Both the position numbers and the translations under genes were made by a program. A DNA stretch of 63,714 nt, the filler included. It is 8 parts of 8 records of this genome, joined end to end, with 100 filler letters (N's around TTAATTAATTAA, not from the genome) between each part and the next. Parts side by side here need not be neighbours in the genome. Positions count along the whole stretch, not along the records: positions 1 to 7,957 come from SRR15195285_288; positions 8,058 to 16,600 come from SRR15195285_290; 6 more parts are not named here. One strand, given 5' to 3'. Shown piece by piece: positions 1 through 11,400 of the stretch (position 1 is its first letter; every line of letters starts with the position of its first letter). The notes under the pieces were generated by a model that ran no database searches, was not told where the DNA came from, and saw only the letters and a program-made list of their open reading frames with translations.

Positions 1-186
1 TAATGCTAGTCAACCGAAGGTTGCAATTATCCGGAGCAGGTAATGTACTAGTAGCAATGCATGGCGGGTCGACTACATGTACGTGCGTGCGCGGCCGGTG
101 CGCGCGCGACGACGACGCGCGCGAGACAGCGCGAGGAGACGCGAGGCGGGGCCCTCGACGGAAAGATACCGACATAGTCGAGTGCG

Positions 187-2349
187 ATGGGCTGTAGTTG
201 GCTCAGCTGTGCTGTGACCCTCGTACTGCTGTGCTACTGGACGCCCCGCTCAGCGCACAGTGCTGCTGACAGTCTTAACGATGTTCATCGACCCACACAG
301 AACGAGTCACACAGTGCCACTCAAAACCTGGTGCAGAACCCCGACTTCGAGGTGGAGGATGAAAGCGGTGCACCACTGCACTGGTCGATGCCAACAGCCG
401 TTTTCTCGCGCTCTACCGCCGTCGCACTTCCCTCCGTCACTGCGTCTCTGATGTACAACAACTCTGACCCGAGTCTCTACAAACTGGCGTCGCAAAAGAT
501 AATCGGGTGTACAGCTGGAGGCTCTTACACCGTCAGCGCTGCAGTTAAGACCGTCGGTTTGGACACGTCACGTGCTGCTGGCTATGCCACCGTCTGCGTG
601 CAGTGGAACGACAAAAAGGGAAAGTGGTTAGGGGGCACCTTCCCTCACGGTCCGTCTGGTACATCTGGCTGGACGACGGTGCGCAGCTCCTTTGTGATTC
701 CCGGGACCGCTGACCCAGACTCCGTCGAAGTTTCTGTGTACGTACGGCCATCTGATCGTGGTGAGCCAACTCCTACTGGGCTGGCGTACTTCGACAACGT
801 GTCAGTTCATTACGCTCCGAAGCCTCCCCTGAGTGCAGTGCTGTTGTCCCCGGTTTACCGTGGGCGCATCACTGCCGCAGACGCTGATCCAATCTCCGTG
901 CGCTCAAGGGTGCTGCTTGAACACCAATCAACCGTCTTCCTAACCGCTGCGCTGGTTCCCAAGCGCAACCCTGACGCTGCTCCTATTGCTAGCACAGCTG
1001 CCGGTCCATTCGAAACAACCGGTAGCTTGATTGCGCCGCTGGTTATCGACATGGCAATGGCTACCATCGATGCGCGGAAGCTCCTCGAACCGGGTGAGTA
1101 CTCGTTGAACATAACGCTGGTCGAGGAGGCCAACGAGCTCAATACGACACTGAGTACACAGTCCTTAAACATCACAAGGATAGATGATACAGAACCGTTG
1201 CCGACTGTCTATATTGACGCGCAAAAGCGCACAATTGTAAACGGGCAGCCGTTCTTCCCAATAGGGTTCTACTTCTCGACTTCGATCGTGTACACAGGCA
1301 GCCCAGCTCTGGCCAATCTAAGTGGAACCGCCTTCAACTACATAATGCCGTACGGGGAAGCTACGCTGGCAAATATGGATGCTGCGGCAGCTGCTGGGCT
1401 AAAAGTCGGGTTCTCACTGAAGGACATTTTCTTTGGCTCTCAGAGGTGTCCAAAGCAGGTCACTTCGCGCGCTGCAGAAGAGAAATACTTCAGACAGCGC
1501 GTAGCAGAGTTTTCGAATCATTCTGCCTTGCTTGCGTGGTACACGAATGATGAGCTGACTCCAGCTTTCTTACCACAGCTGCAGGCACACCAACAATGGT
1601 TAATCGAAGATGATCCGAACCACCCAAGCTGGGAGGTCCTATGTGAAGATGGAGAGTTCGACCAGTACATGGGAACATTCGACGTGATCGGCTCAGACCC
1701 CTATCCGATTGGAGAGGGTAATAAGTCCACCAGTGGAGTACACGGGGAGGTCAACACAACTGTTTTTCAGACCGACGATGCACGGCCTGTGTGGGAAGTT
1801 ATCCAGGCGATGAATTGGGCAAACTACCACAAAGGTGTCCCTTGTCCGCGATGCCACACCCCAACGTACTCTGAGACTCGCTCGATGGTGTGGCAATCAG
1901 TCGCAGCTGGTGCAAACGGCGTAGTGTTCTACGAGTATACTGACCTTCTTCGTAATCCAGACGTACCTTTCGAGACTGCGTTCACCAATCTGAAAACGAT
2001 TGCTGCTGAGCTAGCGACGTTCACTCCGATTTTGTTGTCCGACGAAGGCAAAGCTCCAAATCCGGCTGTTGCGCTGTGGCCCAGCTGGCTGATGGCTCGT
2101 ACTCAGTGGAGCGACGACGCAGGGGTCGTGCTGTTTGCGGTAAGTGACGGAAGCGGGAATGGCACAGTCACCTTCGATTTCGGCAACAAGAATGTTTTCA
2201 GCTGCATGTCCACTCTGGTTGTCGTTCGAATCATGGAGTCTGATCCGCGCGCAGGTGTGCACGCTCCACAGCCACAAGTCAGTGGCTGTACATTCTCAGA
2301 CTCGATTCCTCTCAGAGCAGCCACGGCCTATCATGTTGCATTTGAGTAA
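187..2349 (+). CDS. Secreted carbohydrate-active protein: CBM4/9-like domain + Ig-like linker + clan GH-A-like TIM-barrel glycoside hydrolase
   Basis: Intronless 720-aa ORF with a hydrophobic signal peptide. NLVQNPDFE...GTSGW...AYFDNV is a CBM4/9-like jelly-roll signature. NGQPFFPIGFY, LLAWYTNDE and DVIGSDPYPI are motifs of bacterial-type GH-A-like domains. Confidence 0.7.
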   Translation: MGCSWLSCAVTLVLLCYWTPRSAHSAADSLNDVHRPTQNESHSATQNLVQNPDFEVEDESGAPLHWSMPTAVFSRSTAVALPSVTASLMYNNSDPSLYKLASQKIIGCTAGGSYTVSAAVKTVGLDTSRAAGYATVCVQWNDKKGKWLGGTFPHGPSGTSGWTTVRSSFVIPGTADPDSVEVSVYVRPSDRGEPTPTGLAYFDNVSVHYAPKPPLSAVLLSPVYRGRITAADADPISVRSRVLLEHQSTVFLTAALVPKRNPDAAPIASTAAGPFETTGSLIAPLVIDMAMATIDARKLLEPGEYSLNITLVEEANELNTTLSTQSLNITRIDDTEPLPTVYIDAQKRTIVNGQPFFPIGFYFSTSIVYTGSPALANLSGTAFNYIMPYGEATLANMDAAAAAGLKVGFSLKDIFFGSQRCPKQVTSRAAEEKYFRQRVAEFSNHSALLAWYTNDELTPAFLPQLQAHQQWLIEDDPNHPSWEVLCEDGEFDQYMGTFDVIGSDPYPIGEGNKSTSGVHGEVNTTVFQTDDARPVWEVIQAMNWANYHKGVPCPRCHTPTYSETRSMVWQSVAAGANGVVFYEYTDLLRNPDVPFETAFTNLKTIAAELATFTPILLSDEGKAPNPAVALWPSWLMARTQWSDDAGVVLFAVSDGSGNGTVTFDFGNKNVFSCMSTLVVVRIMESDPRAGVHAPQPQVSGCTFSDSIPLRAATAYHVAFE

Positions 2350-3055
2350 ACTCTTGTGGTCGGGGCATACATTCATTTAGCCATCTAGCTGTACAGCACA
2401 ATCATGCCTGGCAATCGTGCATTGGCGCTCGTCGCTATACCGTAATGTCGAAACATTCGCCTACCAGTTGGGTCGATGCGTGCCGTCATCACCCAGAGTT
2501 TTTCTTTTCGTCGCACACGAGCGCCATCTAATGGGCGACGCGTACCGCGTGTGGCGTGCGGTCCTTGCTCGTAGATGCCGGCAGTGCGTAGTCCTTTCCT
2601 TCTGCAGCTGGCAGGGGGGTCGCTGTCGTCTAGTGCCCGAGACCATCTCCCCTGGCCAGCGGACCAAAGCCCACCATATGATACCGATACGATTGTATTT
2701 AGCGCCACCGTGAGCATCTTCGTGTCACATTTGTTTCAGTGATGACTTAGTCCTGCCTGAGTCGTATTGATTATGCTATGGTACTAGTAGCAACCTGGGC
2801 ACATGCATACACCTGATCCATGCATCGCGCCCCGCGGGACCGCGCGAGCGTCTGACGCGCGCATCTATGTAACCCTACATATTGCATGCTTATACGTTAT
2901 AGCGATCGCGTGTACGTACGTGTACGCGCGTACAACGCGCGCGTCCGAGTCAGCCTCGGCATGAGCGCGACCTACCTGCTAGTAGACGCGTACTGCTCGC
3001 ATCGCAGCAGCTACGTAGCGCTCAAGGCGCCGCGGGGTCCGCCACGCGGAGCAGC

Positions 3056-5073
3056 ATGAGCGCCGAAGCCGCCACAGGGCATGAACATAGTGGAGGCCAC
3101 CACGGGCATGCCAGCCTGTTCGCGATGGGCGAGGGAGACGACTTTGACATGTAAGCGATGTTCTCCGAGGCATCACGATTCTGTCAAGTTGCACGCCGCG
3201 AGGTGGTCCTGCCCACCACGGCACCTTTGTTCGTCTGGATGGACATTGGTTGATAAAGCATCGCATTTGGTCGTGAGCAGGTATCACGTCGTTCTGTCGT
3301 TGTGGGGACTGCTGTTCTTCACCGTCTTGTTCGAGCACGGACTGCACTCCCTTCAGCACTTGCTGGGCGCCAGTGATTCGCCAGGAAACCAGCTGCTGCA
3401 GAAGGCCAAGGACGAGTTGATGATCCTCGGCTTCATCTCGTTCTGCCTCACCGTGGTCGGCGAGTTTGTTGAGATTCCGCACGTGCTGCTGCTTCCGTTT
3501 GAGTTTGCGCACGTACTGGTCTTCATGGTCGCACTCTGCCTCATCGCGTTTGTGCCTGCAGCGCTGCGCATACTGCGCGACACAGAAAACCACTGGGACG
3601 CTCTTGATGCGGCTAAAACCGACGATATTATCGATAAGCTTGCGGGTGGTGCAGCACCAGCAGGTTCGTTTGAGCGCGAGGCAGCTTACCACCGAGCGAC
3701 AATGCATGCGTTCTGTGCGACGATGAACTTGCCGCCGACTTTCGACTTTTCTGTCTACCAGCGTCATGCGCTTACCGACCATCTCCTTGAGCTATTGGAG
3801 GTCTCGGCAGGCAGCTGGGCAGCAATCGGCGCCACAGCGGCGCTGATTTACGCCGTTTCTTCGAACGCGGCAGCTCTAGGCTTGCCTGGTGCACCTGGCT
3901 ACGTCGAGTTCCTTGTACTAGGCGGCTGCCTGGTGTGCGTGGTCTGCGGACTGCGCACCCAGATGAGACGTGCGCGTGAGTCACTGGCCAAGGTGCTCGA
4001 GGTCGAGGATGACAAATTGCTGCTGAGGAGACTCAAGAAGATTCACCAAGAGCGTCTTGCCTACCATAAACAATCTGTGGAGAAGCAGCAGGCTAGCTAC
4101 GTGCAAGCACGTGAAACTATCTCGACCAGCAGGCGCGATCTCTTCGCACATGGCAGCAGCGAAGGCCACGAGGTCGAGACGACCCAGGACAAGCAATATA
4201 ACCCAGCGACAGGTTCAGCAGCAAGGTGGAAGAAACTGCGCGCGTGGGTGAATCAGCCGCTTATCAATATCGCGCACGTCTTACACCTAGACGACAAGGC
4301 ATCAGAACACCACGGTGCACACTTGGACGCTCACGGGGTATTCGTGTTTGACAGTCCACACGCCGCCTTCCAGTCGTGTGCCGTGGGGTTGATGTTGACG
4401 ATGTTCTACGCCGCCTTACTAGTGATGCGCTACATGCGTTCCGCTTGGATATCAGTGGCCAGCCCAGCAGAAGCCGTTGCGCAGTGTGCGCTGATGACGG
4501 CGCCTGTTCCGATCTGTGCGATCTTGCTGTCTCGCGCAATTGCGGACTTCAGTTATGTGGCATGTCTAGTTCATCCAAACTCAGATCTATTGGATGAAGC
4601 GTTGACACAAACGCTAGAAACACGCGAGATGAAAACAGAGTTAAGGCAGCGTTTCATCCGGCACTTCAAGGCGAATGGCGGCGAGAGCATCGAGGACGTG
4701 GTTGCACTCTTCCAGAGGTACGTCCAGCTACTCCTTTGCAACACTCCACATCATTCGTAGAGAGACGGTCTGCGCCAACACGCTAGCTAACAGTCTCCGT
4801 GTTGCCGTACAAACTTGTACACTGTATAGATTTGACCAAGACTCGAATGGTGTGATGGATCGACAAGAATTCAAATCATTCATGGAGCACCTGTTTGGAC
4901 GCAGGGTTGCTGTTAAGGAAGTGGAGACGATGTTTCGTGAGATCAACGTGGATGAGGAGCAGACGATTGATGCCGAGGAGTTCAAGGGCTTCTGCTTCGG
5001 TTCTGGACGGTTCGGTGAAGCTGGGCGGTACATGAAAGATATACTATCGCCTCGTCCGAAAAGAGTAGACTGA
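3056..5073 (+). CDS. MLO: MLO-family multi-pass membrane protein with a C-terminal EF-hand pair
   Basis: Manual splicing gives exons 3056-3150, 3281-4717 and 4830-5073 (GTAAGC..CAG and GTACGT..TAG introns). MLO motifs: KAKDELMILGFISFCL, FDFSVYQRHALTDHLLELLEVS and FVFDSP. EF-hands: DQDSNGVMDRQE and NVDEEQTIDAEE. Confidence 0.82.
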
Positions 5074-5251
5074 GACCCCCAAAGCTACAGCAGGGGACGC
5101 GACTTGGGGCCAATCACTTCTGGCTTGTAATCTAAGCACTGAAGACAGCAGATACGAAGAAATGCTTGCATCAAAAATTTCGGGAAATGTTGTAGGAGTC
5201 CTTGAACAATTAATTTATGTACCGACGAAAACAATTCATGACTCGCGTTGC

Positions 5252-7957
5252 TTAGAGATTGGTCGTGTTGACTGTCTGCCACGCACCCCAGGCACCACCC
5301 GTGAGTGGACCCTTGTGGAGCATCATGCTAAGCTGTGCTTGGAGAGACGCCAAAGCATGCTCTCCCGCCCGATTTGTATTTTCTCCTGGATCAACTGTAT
5401 GGTCATACAATTCCACTCCTGTTGCTTCTTTTGTGAAATCAGGACCACGGTGGACGGCGGTGTTGAAGTCCACCCCTGATCGCCCCAAGCCGAACACGCC
5501 AAAGCTCGATTACTATATGTTGCAAAGGCGTTGGGACTGAAGCACGACTGTTGGCGTTTCGTCTAAAAGCTCGACTTAAGCTTACACTCGGTGTAGCGAA
5601 ATTCGTTCAAGCCTTGCGGGGTGCGGAGCTGGGTAACGATCGAGTACCCCATCGTGCACGGTTTATCAAGGCAGGTTGAGCGTGTCATCATCTGTGCGCG
5701 GCGAGGGTACCTAAATCCAACACAGCCCAACCCCAACACATGTCAACTCCCACAGTAACTTTTCAAGGCGGAAACGGCGCAATCTCTCCAAATCAAGTCA
5801 AGATAGCTGCACCAACAATTCCATATGCACACCAACGTGGAGAACAGTGCCTACTAGTATGTGCTAACAGGGGATGCATAGTGCACGCATGTAAAATTAC
5901 TGGTAATAGCTGGCGGCCGCGACAGATCTGGCTCCGTGCATCAATGGCACCAGAGATTTTCCCATCGTGCACAGGGCAACCTTAAGCTGCGCTGCACCAT
6001 TCGGACAAGGCGGTACGGTGGCTCCCATTGCAAGCTCGGAGAGAGTCGGAAATAAATCTACATGTTCGGTCTGGTCACCATCACAAAATCAAGGCACAAA
6101 ACAGCTGCATCATCAGTTGCAGTTGCGTTTGATTGATTTACAGGCATGGCGACGAATGGTTATGATCAACCACACGACCCTGGTAGAAAGTTGCCATCGG
6201 CGTGGACTCACGTAAGCTGTAGACCGAATTCCGTGATCGGTCAGACCAGGGACCCGAATCATCATCGGTGCGCGAGCGGCAAGCTCGACTAGGTCGCGAC
6301 ATGCAAAGGCAATAATTATACTCACACTTCAAAATCCCACAAGGAGCTGGTTGCGCATGTTCTGGCGGGAGTACGCTTACAGTTCGTGTGTTTGCACCAT
6401 TCTCCATGCTCACCTACACAGCCATGCTCTTCATTAGCAATTGCTCTGTGCAGACTGCAGACTGACAGAGACTGACAGATGATGAACAGTGTGGGTAGGA
6501 AGGGGAACGATGCGTCTCACCAAGCTGCCAGCCGTCTGTGCGACCAAACCGAAGCAACAGACGTGTGTAAGTTCGACACTATAGGCATTGATATCACTAG
6601 CTCTGTCTGAGAAAATGCAGCCGTCACTAAACTCACGGTCTCCCCAGAACGACACAACTGTGTCATCTGCGTAGCCGGTCTGTTCCAGCGCATGCATTAC
6701 CACACCGACCTACTCGCATGCAGGTGTTGGACATTGCTCGCACACGCAACCCTGCACAAACTAGCTGGGACCTGGACGGAACTGCACACCAACCTGATCG
6801 TCCATGTGGCTCACTGCACTGTAATATCCACGCCGTAGCTCCTTCACCATTGCCGGTGGAAGCACCTCCCCTGGTTGCAGGGGCGCACTAGCGCGCATCT
6901 CTTTTACATCCGCGTATGCAATAAGCTCACCCGAGTTGGACCACGCGATCTGTGGCATATCCTTTGGAGGCTGCTGGTCGGTCGGCAACATGATCTCCTC
7001 TGCTGGGTACAAATCGAGCTTTGCCTCTGGAAAGACGAATGGGAGGTGCTACCGACCCGTCGAATGGTCGTGAGAGCTATCACAGTCCAAACGCACAAGT
7101 GGGCGCACATAGATGGAGAATCAGATTCGAACTCACCGGCCGGTGGAATCCAACCGCCAAAAAGAAACGCTTCGCAAGCTTAGCGGCCTTGAAGTCTCGC
7201 AGTGTTTCAGCAGCATGGGCGGCGATTTGAGAATCAGAAAGCCCTCCCAGCCGCTTCTCATCCTCAGGGCTGACCGCATACCAGGCGTTCCCACCAGTAT
7301 CGAACACACCACCGCCTGGTCCACCCTCCGTATTTGGTGAATGAAAGTAAGGCCTCGACCACTGGAATGGCGCGAAACCGACAGCAATGATGATGGTTAG
7401 ACTCAGGACACAGGCCAGACTGTGTGATGCTAACAGAATGCCGGCGCGAGCACACGTAGTCACGGGGTGTGGAACACGTACGCTAAAGAGCTGGTCGTCG
7501 CTGCACGGCCCCCTGTTGTTAGGTGGGCACTCTGCCTTCGTGTGATTGATTGCGGCTGACGAGTTCACACCTGACGAGTGGCCCTGCGGGCTCGATCATA
7601 TTGCAGCGCAGATCTGCGAGTAAGCTTGGCATACACAATTGCGATGGTCCACATTTTTGCTACACGAGGTGGCACTCTTGACATGCTGACTACATGATGA
7701 TCGGTACGACAATGGCATACCGGGTGAAACACCTGCCCCGTTCCAAGCATGTCGAAAATGAGTCAAGCGCATCAAGACAAGGTAGCCGAGTGATGCAATG
7801 ACGCTTAGTTTTGAGCTCCATACCTTGCCCATGCCGACGGTTTCGTAGCCGTGCGCTTTGAAATACTGTGGAATTGTCGTGTAGTTGTTTCCGAGCTCGC
7901 GCCAATATGAGTACAGGTCCCACACCTGCGTAGTGTCTGGCCGCCGCCCAGTCAGGA
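5252..7957 (-). CDS. IDS: Iduronate-2-sulfatase-like sulfatase (S1 family), 5'-partial, 12 exons visible
   Basis: The spliced product contains LTGRRPDTT, GMGKVFHPG, AVGFHRPHLPF, YYSAVSHMDDQVG, WGDHGWQLGEHGEWCKHTN, HVDLFPTL and ELYDHTVDPGENTN. It has 11 GT-AG introns. The N-terminal catalytic Cys motif lies beyond the contig end. Confidence 0.85.
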
Positions 7958-8057
7958 NNNNNNNNNNNNNNNNNNNNNNNNNNNNNNNNNNNNNNNNNNN
8001 NTTAATTAATTAANNNNNNNNNNNNNNNNNNNNNNNNNNNNNNNNNNNNNNNNNNNN
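7958..8057. other. Artificial contig-joining spacer
   Basis: 44 N + TTAATTAATTAA (stop codons in all six frames) + 44 N. Confidence 0.98.
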
Positions 8058-8414
8058 CTGCTGTGTTGTGATGTGCTGTGGTTCGCAGGCGCAAGCGGCT
8101 GGCGGCGATGCGCGATCGGCTGTCGGAGCGCTTTCCGACGCAGGTAGCGTTCACAGAGTCTGGGCAGATCAGCACCAACCGCACCGATCGGTACGATCGA
8201 TCGCGCACAGACCGCATGCTGCTGCCGTGTGAACCAGCCCGCACACTCCCACCGGCTTTGCTCAGCCATAGTCTTAGTCTTCAAAACTGAGACACAGCCA
8301 TGGTGTCCTGACTGACGCAGGAGTGAAAAGGCAGCGAAACGCAAGGCGCGTCGCGAGCGAGCCCGGCCTGAACGTCCGATCTCTCTGCCCGAGATCCAGT
8401 CACCGGAGCGCCAG

Positions 8415-11400
8415 ATGCCGGTAGAGCGTGCGGCGACGTCCATGGACACCCACCAAGAAAGAAGCCAACCGCGACAGCAGCCGCGTATGAGCAAAGCGAT
8501 GAGCAAGCGCTTTGAGAAGGCCGAGGTACGCCATCAGGCGTGTTCAGTTGCCCTCTCGCAGTTCCAGCCACCACTGCTGCCGCTGCTTGGTGTCGTGGCT
8601 GATCTCGGTGACGGTATTGTGGATGCATCAGCCCATGATTCGCCGAGCCGTTCGCGAGCAGTGGCGCCAGATTAACAGTATGCTAAAACAGGAGGACAAG
8701 CGAGGATCAGGTATCATTTCTGAAGAGCAAGTGAGTCTGCGCTATCAGCTGCCGCGTTTGTTGCCGCGAGGCTGACGCAGTGTGTCCTGTCCCACAGCTC
8801 AACGACGTGCTGTTCCGCTGCAATATCATAATTGAGGATAGACACATGGAACAGCTCTTACATAGAATTGATACAGACGGTGACGGTCAGATATCATATC
8901 AAGAGTTCCTCAAGTACTTCGGCAAGGGAAGTGCCGAAGACAAGAATGTACTGTCCACGGTCAGTCGCCCTCGCCCTCCCTGTCTCTGATCTCCCAGTCG
9001 ATTCCAGAGCTGCAACTCACACGCGGCTATGATGCTTAGGTTCGCAACATGAGCGTTGACGAAGCGATCAAAACGATTCGAGAAAAGATTGAGGGAAGGC
9101 TACGAGGTGGCCCAGCTGGTTTGCGGCGTGCATTCCAATTCTTCGACCAAGATGGCTCAGGATCGATTGATCACTCTGAGTTCAAGGCCGCCCTGCGGAC
9201 ACGGTGCGGACTGATGTTTGAAGATGACTTTTTGAGACAGCTGATGCAGCGGTTTGATGACGACGGTAGTGGGGTGATTGACTACCGGAAATTTGGACAG
9301 CTTGTTATGGGTAGCAAAGCAACTGATGCGACCTCGGCGCAGCACCACAATCTAGCGTCATCGCTGGGCACAGATGACGCGGGAACCTCCGATCAGATGA
9401 TTCGCAGGAAGATCCGCGACCAAATGAAGACGATCCAGCTCGGTTTCAGGCACGCTGATCGCGGGAACACGGGCTTTATATCGGAAGAGCAGCTACTGCA
9501 GGTGCTTTCGAACCATGGTGTAGATCTCAGTGCCCTTCGAATGCACGAGCTGAAGACCAAGGTCCCGCGCGAGGTCGGCGGCAAGGTTTCGTACAAGGGC
9601 TTCTTGAATCTCTGGGCAGCTGGAAGCGATTTCGACAAAGAGATCGTCAATACGATATCAGGAGTCAGCAAGGAGAAGGCGAAGGAAATCATACGAGAAA
9701 AGATTCAAGGACGGCTCACGGGTGGCCCTGCGGGACTTCGCCGTGCGTTCCAGTTTATGGATAGCGATGGCTCGGGGAGCATCGAGATTGAAGAATTGCG
9801 CCGGAAGCTAAATGCAACTGTCGGTATCGCCTTCGAAGATGAAGTCTTCCGCGAGGTATTTGACGACTTTTCCGAGGGCACCGGAAAGATCACCTTCAAT
9901 ACGTTCGTGCGCCAATTGATGAATAGCAAGGTCGACGACCACACGTCTTTCGACACCCGCGCAAACAAGAACAGCAAAGTGTTGCTGCAGAAAGGCAACG
10001 ATGCCGATGGCAACTCCAACATGTTCATTCGACGAGCGGTGCGAGAGAATTGGAAAAACCTGCAGATAGCTTTCAGGCATGCTGATCAGAGTGAGACTGG
10101 TGAATTGGACGTCCGGGATGTTCGAAAAATTCTCGAGCGACACAACATCAACGTCGCGCAAACTGAGTGGGAGACACTTGTGAAGCGACTCAAGCCAGAT
10201 TCTAGCGGAGTTTTTCTGTGGGAGGAATTTTTCAGTCTATTTTCGTACGGTCAGGATGACGAAAAACTCAACTCCATGATCGGGACCATCCGCAATGTGT
10301 CCGCAGCCCAAGCATTGACAATGATTCGCGACAAGATTCGTGGGCGGCTGTCGGCTGGCCCCTCCGAGCTGCGACGAACGTTCCAGTTTTTCGATAGGGA
10401 CGGCTCCGGAAGTATCGATGTGGCAGAATTCGCTGAGGCTTTGAAGCTCCGATGCGGTCTGCAGTTTGAGGACGGCCTCCTGAGGAGCCTCATCGGCCAG
10501 TGGGACACCGACGGAACTGGCGAGCTCGATTTTCCGAAATTCTGTGCAATGGTAATGGATAGCAAAAGCACCGACTCCACGACTTTTGGTGGTCACCTGA
10601 AAGCAACGAAAAGGGAATCGGAGCAGTTCATTCGACGCAAGGTTCGACAGAGTTGGAAGGAGCTCAACCGGGTTTTCAAACGTGCGGCAGAGGGCGGCAA
10701 GATTGAGGTGGCCACTTTCCGCGAAATCCTGCAGCGCACCGGAGAAATCCGGCTAATAGACGAACAGTTTGACGAACTAGTTGCTGCCATGGGCTGCGTT
10801 GGCGACACTCATCTCAAGTACAAGGCCTTTTTGAAAATGTACGGCAAGGGCAGCAACTATGACAAACAAGTCATATCCACGATCCGCAATGTGACAGCTG
10901 AACAAGCCTTGACGATGATTCGAGACAAGATCCGCGGGCGGCTCTCATCGGGTCCTTCGGAGCTAAGAAGAACCTTTCAGTTCTTTGACCGCGACGGATC
11001 TGGCGCGATTGATCTTCAGGAGTTCACGGAATCGTTGAAGCTGCGCTGCGGACTTCAGTTTGAGGAGTCGCTAATGCAGTCGTTGATGGCCCAGTGGGAC
11101 ACTGACAAGACTGGAGAATTGGACTATCAGAAGTTCTGCGCAATGATATTGGACAGCAGGAATGAGCTCTTTGTCAACATTAATGACAGAGCCATCATGG
11201 AGCAGCAGTCAGATTCGAATTCAAATAGCGAGCAGTTTATTCGGAGGCATGTGCGAGATCAGTGGAAAGAGCTTATCACCGACTTCAAGCACGCAGCAGC
11301 AGACGCGACGGGTGACATGGAGCCACAAAGCATGCGCGACGTCCTATACCGGCACAACATCTTGATGGCTAACGACCAGTTTGCACAGCTTGTGAAGGAT

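Noticed and set aside
187-7957. Glycoside hydrolase plus sulfatase as a polysaccharide-utilisation cluster
   Set aside because: They are separated by an unrelated MLO gene, and the window is generally rich in carbohydrate-active genes, so co-occurrence is unremarkable.
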